Shown: positions 1 to 13,940 of the stretch, one piece after another
How the letters are laid out: the number at the start of each line of letters is the position of its first letter
How positions within the stretch are numbered: the stretch's first letter is position 1
Origin: the human T2T-CHM13v2.0 reference genome, Homo sapiens
Direction: 5' to 3' (one strand)
Assembly (NCBI RefSeq): GCF_009914755.1
Contig: NC_060932.1
Length of the DNA: 64,000 nucleotides
The notes under the pieces: model-generated
Seen by the model: the letters and a program-made list of their open reading frames with translations, nothing else
Database searches by the model: none
Told to the model about the DNA's origin: nothing
Made by a program: the position numbers and the translations under genes

Positions 1-156
1 AGGTGCGTGCCATCAAGCCCAGCTAATTTTTGTATTTTTAGTAGAGACTGGGTTTCACCATGTTGACCAGGATGGTCTTGATCTCTTGACCTTGTGATCT
101 GCCCTCCTCAGTCTCCCAAAGTGCCGGGATTACAGGCATCAGCCACCGTGTCCAGC
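1..156 (-). mobile_element. Alu (AluS-type, AluSc-like), cut by the window edge
   Basis: Reverse-complement Alu left arm and linker (gctaatttttgtatttttagtagagac ... cccaaagtgccgggattacaggc). Confidence 0.93.
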
Positions 157-249
157 TAAAGCTATTTTCTAAATAAGATTTGGTAAATGATTGTTAGAAA
201 AATTTAACATTAAGAAAAGTGGTTTTATGGTGAAATTCTTTAACAGACT

Positions 250-2895
<2,646 letters not shown>

Positions 2896-3249
2896 AGTGG
2901 GGAAGTGGTTTTAAAAAAAATCAAAGTCAAATGATTCTACTTCCAGAGGAAAATCTCCTTGACCACTTGGCCCAATGCATATTATCTTATGAAAATGCAA
3001 GGGCACAGAGCCTGAAAAGGCTGGAGTAGCACCTGGAAAATATCTCTAATCTTCCTCATCAAAATTCCAGAGGTTTTGTCCTTCTTTCCTTCACTAAGTC
3101 ATAGTTATACATCCCATTACTTATTTCAGTAAAATGCCCCATTTTTTCCGATAAATAACATTTTTTTATTTCATTTAGAAACAGGTGATCTCTCTCTTTT
3201 AGTCAAAAGAAACATGCCCAATTCTCAAAGCAGTATCATATTCTTTCAG

Positions 3250-3480
3250 AAATAGCTTTGTTGATGTATTATTCACATACTATCCAATTCACCCATTTAA
3301 ATTGTACAATTCAGTGATTTTGAGTTTGTCACAGGGCTGTGTAAAAATTACCCCAATCTGATTTTAAAATATTTTTGTGTCCCCTAAAAGAAACTCCATT
3401 AGCACTCATTATTCCACACTTACTCAAGCCCTATGCAACTATTAATCTTTTACTTCTATATATTTGCATATTCTGACTGG
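3250..3480 (-). mobile_element. L1MB/ME-like 3' end fragment
   Basis: aatagctttgttgatgtattattcacatac...aattcacccatttaaattgtacaattcagtg resembles old L1 3' termini. Confidence 0.7.
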
Positions 3481-3500
3481 ATCTCTTTGCTTTTAATAGT

Positions 3501-3982
3501 TGTACATTGTTGCCATAACTTTATCACAAATTTAGTAGCTTAAAACAATTTTTATCTTACAGTTCTTTAGGTAACACATCTGAGATGGAGTCTCATTGGG
3601 AAAGATCAAGGGCTGTGTTCCTTTCTGTAGGCTTTAGGGGAGAAGAAGTTCCTTTCCATTTTCCAGCTTCTAGGGGATGTCCACACCTGCTGATGGTTCT
3701 CTTACTCCATCTTTGAAGCCAGTCTTGGCAGATCAAGTTCTTTTTACATTGCATCCCTATGACTTTTCTTCCATCATCACACTGATGTCTAAATGATTTC
3801 AACTCAAGAAATGGTCTCTACATTTCAAGATTCATCTTAGATCTGAGTAATCCAGGATAATCTTGTCTGAAGATTTTTTATTTTAATCACACTTGCAAAA
3901 TCTCTTTATCCATGTAAAGTAAGGTATTCTCAGGTTCTAGGGATCAAGATGTGGACATTTTGGAAGGAGTATTATTCTGCTA
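3501..3982 (-). mobile_element. MLT1 (MaLR) solo LTR
   Basis: tagcttaaaacaa...ttatcttacagttct, ttccagcttctagggg, caggttctagggatcaagatgtggacattt are MLT1 motifs. Confidence 0.8.
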
Positions 3983-4059
3983 GTTATATTTTTAAAAACC
4001 TTTTCAATTTTATACACATTGATTTTTGCAATTAATTCTTAAATTAGTCAAGGGGACAA

Positions 4060-7000
4060 AGGTGAAGAAATATGCAGTTATAGTGTCCTTTATAATTACT
4101 TACATAATTACCTTTACTGATACTCTTTTTCTTAATACATCTAGATCTGAATTACTATCTGTTGCTGAGTGCTTTCAGCCTGAGGAACTACATTTAGTAT
4201 TTCCTGTAAGGAAGGTCTGTTAGCAACCAATTCTCTCAGTTGTTGATTATTTGGGAATATCTTTTTCTCACCTTCATTTTTGAAAGATATTTTGCTGAAT
4301 GTAAGATTCTTGACAGCCATTTTTTTTCTGCACTTTGAATATGTCATCCAACTGCCTTTGGTATCTATTGTTTTTGATAAGAAGTCCAAAGTTAATCTTA
4401 CTACAGTTCCCTTGTACATAAGTAATTTTTCTCTTGCGGCTTCCAAGATTTTCTCTTTCTCTTTGTCTTTCAACATTTCAATTATAAGGTGTCTCTCTCT
4501 AGATTTCTTTGAATTTATCCTACTTGAAGTTCATTGAGTTTCTTTAATGTGTACTATAATATTTCCAATAATTTGGAAAGTTTTCAGCCATTATTTCTTC
4601 AAATTTTTTTTCCTGTTGTTTTGTATTCCCATTACTACATTGGTGTATTTAATAGTGTTCCTTATTTCTCTCAGAGTGTGTTCATTTTTCTTTATTTTCT
4701 TCTCTTTCCTTCAGATTTCATCATCTCCATGTATCTCTCTTCAAATTTATTTATGCTTCCTTCCACCAGTTCACATCTGCTTTTCAGCCCCGCTAGTGAA
4801 GTTTTCATTTCACTTGTACTTTTCAACTCCAGAATTTTCTTTTATTTTCAATAATTTATATCTCTTCATTAGCATTCTGTATTTGATAACGTGTTGTCTT
4901 TAAATATCTTTTAAATTCTTTAAACATGGTTTCCTTTAGTTCTTTGGACATATTTATGATAGACAATTTGAAATTTTTGTCTCCTAAGCCTACCACCTAA
5001 TTTTCTGTAAAGGCAATTTTTAATGCCTGCTGCTTTTCCCCCAAGTGGGATGGGTCATATTTTCCTATTTCCTTGCATATTTCCTAATGTTTTGTTGATA
5101 ACTATACATTTTAGATAATATATTGGTATAACATTGTATACTGACTTTCTTAGGAGTGTTGTTTTTGTTTTTTGCATAGTCATTTATCTAGGGACTTATT
5201 TTAATAAATTCTGTAAAGCCTTTTTCCTCTGCCATGTACAGCCTCTGATGTATCTGCTAGAATTGTTAATTTTTTCCTTTTTGCTTATCTTTTATCCTGG
5301 CTCTCTGGGAGAAGCCTCTGGTTTGACAGCCTGTTTATTGATTAAAATTGTGTTTACGACCCCCAGTTGGTTAGAATTTTACCTATTACTCTTTTAAATA
5401 CATGTGTAGCATAAAGTCTATTATATCAGTTCAGATATTTTATTTTATTTCATTTTATTTTGTCCTGTCTTCAGCTTGGAGGTTTTTCTCCCTGATTTCT
5501 TCTGGGAAGCATAGTCTTCCAGACTCTCAGATGACTGTGATATTATTTTAAATCTTGACTTCCCAGGTATATTTCCTAGATCAGAGAAGATCTTTGTTCA
5601 CTCGGTATCTGGTCAGAAGTTATGTTTAAGCACTGTCATTTTTTTTTTAATTTTTAAAAATCCAAATTTAGGTAAGGAGAGACTTTTTTGACGGATTATT
5701 GCAAAGGGGAAGAAGGGACTATTGCAATACAGAGAATAAAACAACCATAGCAAACATCTTAAGGATTATGTGAAAAGAGTTATTCTTTTGTAGAGAGGAG
5801 TAAACAAGGCTAGAAAGAACAGGATGTTCAGATGTAAGAAGAAAGGGAGGCATGATGGGATAACAGATCAGAGAATGTTTTATCCTGATGTCAGTTTATT
5901 TTCAAGAGGAGAAATTTAGGAAAGGTTGCATGCCGGCTGAGGCTGAGAGTAAAATTCAGAGATCTGTAGGAAGGAGAGAAATCTAAAGTTTGCTTACAAG
6001 TATTTGGTTCTGATTGATTATGGGGACAAACAGTTCAGCAAATATATATGAGGCAAAGAATAAGAATTTAGAATGTTTGTATCTGGTCTTGTAGGTACAC
6101 AAGAGGGCCATCCGTGAGTCCTATCTAAGTCACATGAGAAAGGGTACTTCTTTGCAGCAAGCCATTTCCAGAACATAAAGTGTGATGAATTTCTTTAACT
6201 ACCCTCCTTTTGGTATTTATTGCTGTTTTCTAGGATCAGAAGAGCCTGGTATAATTTAACCTTGTTAGTTCCTGGTGCCATTTAGACTTCCATCCTATGC
6301 TGATGGGTCTATCTGTGGTTTGGGAAATGTTTTTAAGCCTGACTCACATTCTGTTCTGCTTGCTTCCTGAGTGGATGCAGCATAGTGCAAGGAGAAAGCC
6401 TTTCCACCCTTAGAGCTGATGATAATCACAGAGCAACCCTTCTTGGCTATCTCTTTTCTTGGTTCTTTTTATTGAACTTCTGGTTTCTCTGCAACTTTAC
6501 TTGTTTCAGAGTTACTGCCTCCTTGTAATTGCTTTCCACAAAGATAGCTATTGTTTCTGGCAACACTCCCATGCATAGAGATCTCCATCCACTGTTACAA
6601 ATAAAGCCAGTCCCCTCAGGCAGAGCTGAAGAACTCCTCATCCTTATTACCTGCCTTTCTACCTGGGCAGAACCATTGTGCGACTGCACCACAGTTGGGG
6701 GCAGAAATCTGTTTCTCCCAGAGTGACATCCCTAGTCTACTTACTAGTTGGCACTAGAGTGTGTAAGGGGCAGCTCTTGATTGTCTTAGCTTGCCCTGCT
6801 TGGTACAGAACCTCCATGCTACCAGTGTGCTGGGCCCCAGTATCATCCGCCTTCTTTACTTGAAATAGGACTTCCACACTATGAGCGGGGGTGAAATAGG
6901 GGAAGAAAGTCCCAGGTCTTCTTCACCACATACCTTCCTAGAATAGAGCTTGTGGAGGTAGGAGGAGAAATGCTAGCAGCCTGCTCTTCCTGAGACAGAG

Positions 7001-7270
7001 AGATCCCTGTCTTCTTGACTGCACGTGCCTGGGGTAGAGCTCTTGTAATGTGAAGTTGGGAAACGGAGGTTGGTAATTAAAGAATCTTGGCTAGAATTCC
7101 ACAGACTCTACTTGTTCTTAAAAAAATTAAATAGTTTTTCTTGAATGAATTTTTATGCATTTTTTTCTGGTGTTTCTAGGACAATTTCCAGATGTTACAT
7201 TATTTTTTAATAATTTTCATCTCGAATTGCTATTTTTTCTGGAGAGAGAGAATCTGCCAAGATCCTTTTT
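4060..7270 (-). mobile_element. Old L1M 5' region (ORF1 remnant plus 5' UTR), interrupted at about 5634-6269
   Basis: ORF 4141..4476 reads KEKILEAAREK..YKGTVVRLTLDF..KISFKNEGEKKIFP..LRELVANRPSLQEIL, matching the L1 ORF1p RRM/CTD region; the flanking sequence is L1M-like. Confidence 0.8.
5634..6269. mobile_element. Probable LTR-like insertion in the L1M (subfamily not assigned)
   Basis: An abrupt switch to purine-rich sequence starting TG interrupts L1M-like text (aagcac | cctggtgcc). Confidence 0.45.
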
Positions 7271-7924
7271 CATTTTTTTAGAATTATCCCAGCAGCTTAT
7301 TCTTACTCTAGTTTCCTCTACTTTTTCCTTCCTTTAGCTTCTCTATTTTTATTTAAGTATTTATTTAAATAGTCCCTACTTTTTCCCCTTTCAAACTCTT
7401 CCCAAATTATTTAGAGGTCTGACAACTGCACTTTGCAAGGTCTGAACACAGCTTACCCTCAACTTTTGTATGTTAACTATTGTTGGTGATTTATAGGCCA
7501 TTGGGCTTCTAACTTTTCAGGATTCCACATGAAAATACAGTACCCTTATCTGCAGGGAATATGTTCCTAGACCCCTGTTGGATGCTTGAAACCACAACTA
7601 GTACTGAATCTTATATATATTATGTTTTTTTCTATGCATTATATACTTGTGATAGAGTTTACTTTATAAATTAGACACAGTAAGAGATTAGCAACAATAA
7701 CAAATAATAAAATAGAATAATTATAACAATATGCAGCATCACTACTCTTGTGCTTTGAGGCTACTATAAAGTAAAATAAGGGTTATTTGAACACAAGCTC
7801 TGCAATACCACTACAGTTGATCTGATAACCTAAACTGCTACTAAGTGACTAATAGGTGGGTAGTGTAGACAGTGAGGATATGCTGGGTAAAGGGAAGACT
7901 CATGTCCCAGGCAAGACAGAGTGG

Positions 7925-8664
7925 TGATAGCGACAGGAGACAGAAAAATTCCTAGGCAGACAGAAAATTCCTAGGCAGACAGAGACAGGTCTCAGATGAA
8001 ATCTGACCTTCAAGCCAAGAACAGCTTATAGCCTGAAAACCCGAGCTGACAGTTCCGAATAAAATTCATGACCACAGTAAGAACTTATATCCCCTTCTTA
8101 CCCCCTCTCTCCTTGTTGGTTCCTTCTGAATGATGCTTTTCAACCAACCAAACCCGAGCTGACAGTTCCGAATAAAATTCATGACCAGAGTAAGAACTTG
8201 TATCCCCTTCTTACCCCCTCTCTCTTTATTGGTTCCTTCTGAATGATGCTTTTCAACCAATCAAATGGTGCTTGTTCCAAGACCACCCATGGACCAATCA
8301 GCATGCACTTCCCCATTCTAAGTGTGTAAGAACCCTAGACTCAACCTCATAGATGGCTATTCATTTTCACATCCCCTCACAGTGCTGAGAACTTTCTTTG
8401 TGTTGCTCAGTAAAATTCTACTCTGCCTTACTCATTCTCTGGTATCCACATACCTTATTCCTTCTGGTTACAGGACAGGAACCTGGAACTCCCCGAAATT
8501 GCGGGAGCAAAAGAGGTGTAGTGCTCCTGCTTGCTGAGCAGCGGGTGGTGGGAGTTAAAAGAGCTGTAACACTCCCTCCAACTCCCCAAACAACGGTAGA
8601 GAAGAAGCCATTGGGTGCTACTTCCTCCTGCTCACCGAACTACGGGAGTGAAAAAGCCTTAACA
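7925..8664 (+). mobile_element. ERV1 solo LTR, LTR27/LTR28-like
   Basis: TG...CA ends (tgatagcgacaggag ... ccttaaca), CCAAT motifs, agtaaa poly(A)-like signal near 8409, 4-bp TSD gtgg/atgg. Confidence 0.8.
8037..8262 (+). repeat. 113-bp tandem duplication inside the LTR
   Basis: aaacccgagctgacagttccgaataaaattcatgacca... starts at 8037 and 8150; about 5 mismatches. Confidence 0.95.
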
Positions 8665-8894
8665 ATGGGATAGTGTGAGATTTCATTGCATTACACAGAA
8701 CAGCACACAATTTAAAAGTTATGAATTGTTTATTTATGCAACTTTTCATTTAATATTTTCAATTATGGTTGACCATGGGTAAGTGAAACCTCAGAAAATG
8801 TGAATGCGGAGGACTGCTGTATTTATCTTTAGCCCTAAATAGAATCATTTGTTATCTGTAATCTCAAATTTTCATTGTTTTAAATACATTTTAT

Positions 8895-8896
<2 letters not shown>

Positions 8897-8932
<36 letters not shown>
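8897..8932. repeat. (GT)18 microsatellite
   Basis: Direct read. Confidence 0.97.
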
Positions 8933-8934
<2 letters not shown>

Positions 8935-9629
8935 CACTCATATGCCTGCCTCAATGTATTCTAGTTAAAATGTAAGTTCCTAGGTTACAGAAGCCAGACC
9001 TACACATTTCTCTTGGTTCAATGGCTTGCACACCGTCATGAAGTAAAATCAGTGCTAAATGCCTGATTTAGGTGATGACAATGTTTAAGCTAAAATGGAG
9101 CATGAGGTAGTAGAATCTTTACAAGAATCTTTAACACCAAGTCACAAGACTCGACCTCAAGAAGAAATAGGTCCAGTATAATAGTCAACCTCCTGATAAA
9201 AAATGAAGAGTTCACTCGTTTCCGATTATTCCTTTAACATAGATTTATGGAAGAAACGTTTCCCATGGGAGTGATCATTGTTTCACTTTCCTCACAATAT
9301 TGTAGTGATTTTTCAAATGATACAATAATGATTGTAAAAGTATTCTAAAAAAATTATTAAAATGTATAAATATAAGGTCATGTTATTCATCACAATTATT
9401 TTAAACAGTATATAGTTCTTATGACAACAACTAAAATCAGCATTTGTCTGGTGCACTCAGTTCACTATTTTTACACACAACTTGAGATTACAAAGAAAGT
9501 CAAACTATTAGAACCTATATACAAAACAAAACTCTCAATATGTGAAACATTACAGGCATGCTGTGAAACTTCTCTGTCCTTTATAGATGAGATACTATTT
9601 TGCTAAGAAAATTTATGATTATATTTTAG

Positions 9630-9790
9630 AAAGGACACTGGACTGATAGACAGCTCCAAGTCAGACCTTTAACATTCTTCATAGCCTTGGGTAAGTCATT
9701 TTAGCCTCACTTTCTCTGAGTGCAAATAGTACCTGTTTAGTCTAATTTGCAGGGCGCTTTGAAGGATCAAATGAAATTCGTGTGAAAAGA
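9630..9790 (+). mobile_element. MIR fragment
   Basis: ccttgggtaagtcattttagcctcactttctc...gaaggatcaaatgaaa matches the MIR core. Confidence 0.65.
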
Positions 9791-10539
9791 TATTAAAGTT
9801 AAAAAATATTATATCCTAAATCTTTGGTGTTAGTCACTAACAGAATATATTCAGTTGAGTTATAAAGTTCTCAGAGAAAAGCTTCAAACTAAATATAAAC
9901 TGTATTAGAAGTCTAGAAAAGTATTCCCTTGTTCCTGAAAGGATAAACTCTTGGTTTCTGGGTAATAATAAGTAGAAAAGTTAACATCTATTGGAAGATG
10001 GTTCTCATAGAAAAATTGCAGGCATGAAAAAAGGAGCCAGAGGCAAAGCACTTAGAGATAGAGGCATTACCGTGTTGCTTTGGGAGCACATTCAGTCCAT
10101 AGTGGAGCAGGATTTTGGCAGAGGATAAGGAGAAGAGATTACTTTGTATACATTTTCCTGCTGGATATGTGACATTTTGGTTCATTATTCACCCACTTGG
10201 TTAGTTTGATTACTACAGTGGCCTGAGAATCTCTGGAGAAAAAAAAGGGAAAATAGATGAGCCAAAGATATTTGATATATTAGAATACAATTAATAGCAG
10301 CAGAAAGTAGTCTGCTGTTAGGGGATGTGGAAGAATAAATGGTTAACACATGCCCTGACAAGTTCTGCTGCTGCTGGAAGAGTTCCATGCTGGCATTATC
10401 AGAAATGCAGAGTCATTGACTTCCAGGAGTAATAGATTTTTGCACCATTTTTTTTTTCAAAGAAGAGTTAGATAACTAGGAGGACTGATACAAGTTGTTA
10501 ATATAGTAATTATAATAGTCATTAAGTAATAGTAGTTTA

Positions 10540-10666
10540 GAACTTCACATGTAGTTTCACTTAATTGTTATGACAGTCCAGCAAGGTATTCGTCTCCATC
10601 TTAGAGCTGAAAGAGTTTAAGTACCTTGAGTACAGTAATAGGTAGTGGGTTAGGATTCAGACCTAA
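10540..10666 (-). mobile_element. MIR fragment
   Basis: gtattcgtctccatcttagagctg...agagtttaagtacctt...ggattcagacct. Confidence 0.55.
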
Positions 10667-11459
10667 AAGGTTCCATTGAAGTGTAGGGGCAGCATATGGT
10701 GATTCGACATGCAATTCTAATTTTTGGTTGTTATGTTCTTTGCCTACTTCTTTGATTTCCAAATGCTAATTGTTAGACCCATGTTTCTTCATGTCAAAAT
10801 TTTCACTGGTTTACTGAGTATCTTTAGGAAGAATTCATGACTATATGCTGGAAAAATCTGCATGGCAAAATTAAGAGCTGGAACATGCATATCTGTTCTT
10901 CCTTGTGCCAGTCTAAATTTCTGATTCATAAAATTTGGACATCTTTACACCCTATTGCCGATATGAGTAAATGGATAAACAACTATTAAATGATTATATC
11001 GTTTCATCTCTGAAAAAATATTAGTTAGATCTAGGGGCCAGGTTTTTCTTTTTTATCTAAATGTTTAAGTCATTTATAATCTTAAAATGTGCTAAAACAA
11101 TAAATATGTCAAAAAATATGAATGAGGACAGTTTAGCATTAAGCTTCACTTTGAAATTGTTGATATTTCAAGCATCTGCTATACAGTACAACTCTCATTA
11201 ATTACGAAGACCAGAATCCACCTGCCACATGCAGATATCCCTTGAGGAAGCTTGCCTACTCTTCCTTTTTGTCTGAGCACAACACAGTAGTTTTTAAGAT
11301 TCTTTCCATGAATTCTTCTTGTGTTCTTTCACTGGGGCCCGCTTCCAATTTGTGGCTGAAAATATTAGAGTGGTTGCTAAGAAACGCTGAAGTTGGAAAT
11401 TTATGAGTTTTCAGAAGGTTGCATTGAAGTGTAGGGGTAGCATATGGTGATTTGACATG
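10667..11459 (+). repeat. 45-bp dispersed direct repeat (10667-10711 and 11415-11459)
   Basis: aaggtt(c/g)cattgaagtgtagggg(c/t)agcatatggtgatt(c/t)gacatg; 42 of 45 identical, 748 bp apart. Confidence 0.95.
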
Positions 11460-12046
11460 TTTTGTTCCCTAGCCAAGGAGAGGGGTAGCTGTCTCTGATC
11501 TCTGTAATTATTTCCCAGCACTTTAAGATGCCAAGCTGAATTTAAAAAACAGCAAGGCATCAGGGCTAAGGAAAAATAGAATGTACTTTTTGTTTCCAAT
11601 ATGTAGGACCCAAGTATTTGTTGTTCATTTTTTGAAAAAATTAATTGGAATAGTTTTGAAGCTCTAAAAGCAGATAAGTTTTACCTAAAATAAAGACATA
11701 AAGCCTCATTTATTTAGCTGAAATAGAAAGGAAGAAAGAATACATATTAATGTGGAAAAAAGGCAGCACTGAAATGAAGGTATTTAATAAGAAAGAGTTA
11801 TAAAAGAAAATTTTAACATATAAAAATTTATTTAATAACTATTTATTGGAAGAGAATTCAATTTTTCTACAACTCAAGAGTATTTGTGAAAATTAGGAGA
11901 CAGAGTAAGGAAGACAGATACAAATAAGGAATCAATAAATGAGTAAGGAATTGAAACCCTCATACTGCATAGGTTTTAATTTGTATTATGACATCCACGT
12001 GGTCTCAGGGGAAACATCACGAAAATTTTGGATGAATGAATGGAAT

Positions 12047-12310
12047 CATTCATTCGCTTTATCATTCTAAAAATGTTCACCAAGGGCCAACTCATGGTTT
12101 CTGGGGCCATGTTAGGAACTAGGGATACAAAGAAGAGAGAGACATGGACTTTGCCCACATAAAATCTATAGTTTGTGAGACACAGGCAAATAAACCAATA
12201 TGGAACCACATGTGGGAAAGTATAATGATACAGATATGCCAGAGGGCTTTGTGAACACAGAGGGGCACTTAACATAATCATGAAAAAGTAGGAAGATTTC
12301 AGGGCAAGAT
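12047..12310 (-). mobile_element. L2 3' fragment
   Basis: Starts cattcattc; ctagggatacaaagaag...acatggactttgccc. Confidence 0.65.
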
Positions 12311-12314
12311 AATT

Positions 12315-12655
12315 GCTGTAAGAATTCTAAAACATCAGTGGTTTAAAATGGTAGAACTTTTTCTTGCTCATGCATTTCTATATATTTGATGTGTTTGGCA
12401 GGGCCCCTTTCACTTGCTGTTTCAGAGACTTACATCCTATGGCTCTAGAATCTCCTAGGGCCTGCTGGATTCTGCATCAAACAGGCTGGGAGCAAAAGGG
12501 AGTAGAAGTCTTCTTTATGGGCCAGGTCTGAAAGTGGTACACAGTTTACTGGCCACAACTTAAGTTACAGGGCCACATTTAACCTCAAGAAAAACAATGA
12601 ACTAACTAGGAGGAATGAAAAACAAGTTTGTTGATTCACTAGCCTGGTTATGACA
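12315..12655 (-). mobile_element. Old MLT1 (J/K-like) LTR fragment
   Basis: acatcagtggtttaaaa...tttcttgctcatgc; ttatgggccaggtctgaaagtggtac. Confidence 0.55.
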
Positions 12656-12794
12656 TAGCTCTCTGCAGAAAACATAATCTCAGCTGTGCCTGAAAGATGT
12701 AAGCCTGGTAGCCAGGTAAAGAAGATGGGAGAAGGACATTCCAAAATGAAGGAATATCAAGATAAAATATATAAGTATAAACAAAAACTTATGA

Positions 12795-13106
<312 letters not shown>

Positions 13107-13189
13107 AAAAACTTATGAGACATTTTAAAGACCAGTGTTGTCGGGGAATAAATTGCATGTCAGGATTCATGAGATTTGAAGTTTCACTT

Positions 13190-13940
13190 CTGATGATTTT
13201 TCCTCAGCTACACTTTCCAGTATATCCAGTTGCTTATTTGACATTTCTTAGGGTGACTGAAAGACACATCACATTCAACCCGTGGAAAATCAATTGCAGG
13301 ATCTTCTACTCTGCTTCCTGGCCCTTGCCCTAGATCCTCTTTAAACTTAATCTACCTTCATCTCATCACACAAATAAAAAATTTGTAAATGATTCTTGAC
13401 ATCTCCTCTCCCTCATCCTATAAAACGAATCTATCACCAAGTTCTACATATGCTAAGTCCAAATCGTTTCTTGAATATGTTCATTTCTCTCCATTACCAC
13501 TCTACTCCAAACTAACAGCATCTCTTGCCAGATCTATCACAACATGTGCCTAAGTTAATTCCATCCTTGCTATTTATTTTTGCCCCCTTTTAGGCTCTTA
13601 TTCACAGTGATCCACTTGAAATCAAACCTGTTACCTCCACGATCATCTGCATTTATTGTATAATCACAGTAGTCAGCATTACTCTACATATAGTACATTG
13701 ATTGTCTCATTCAGTCCCCATAGGTGCCTATAACATTGGTCCCATTCCCATTTCATTTCATCAATAGAAACTTAGGCTTAGAAGGCTTAGGGAGCATATT
13801 CAAGCTTACTCAGCTATTAATCAGATTAACTCTTTACAAAATGTAGACTGTATGTCTCCTGAGCCTATGTTCTAAATCACTCTGCCATATTTTCTCCCTC
13901 TGTAGGCATTTAAAATATTTATTGAATGAATTAATAAATG
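13190..13940 (+). mobile_element. L2 fragments with a nested MIR (about 13660-13890, minus strand)
   Basis: gattcttgacatctcctctccctc...tcaccaagttct (L2); cccatttcatttcatcaatagaaacttaggcttag (MIR); ends atttattgaatgaat. Confidence 0.6.

Larger units (their letters stand above)
7538..8819 (-). mobile_element. MER44B (Tigger7-derived MITE) split by an LTR
   Basis: TIR-like ends cagtacccttatc ... ggactgctg flanked by TA; internal MER44 text (aaattagacacagtaagagattagcaacaataac) resumes after 8668. Confidence 0.88.

Noticed and set aside
4141-4476. 111-aa ORF resembling L1 ORF1p, a possible domesticated L1TD1-like gene
   Set aside because: The middle is out of frame: the ORF1-like RQLDDIFKV lies in another frame, so the ORF stays open only through compensating frameshifts. 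The flanks are decayed L1M.
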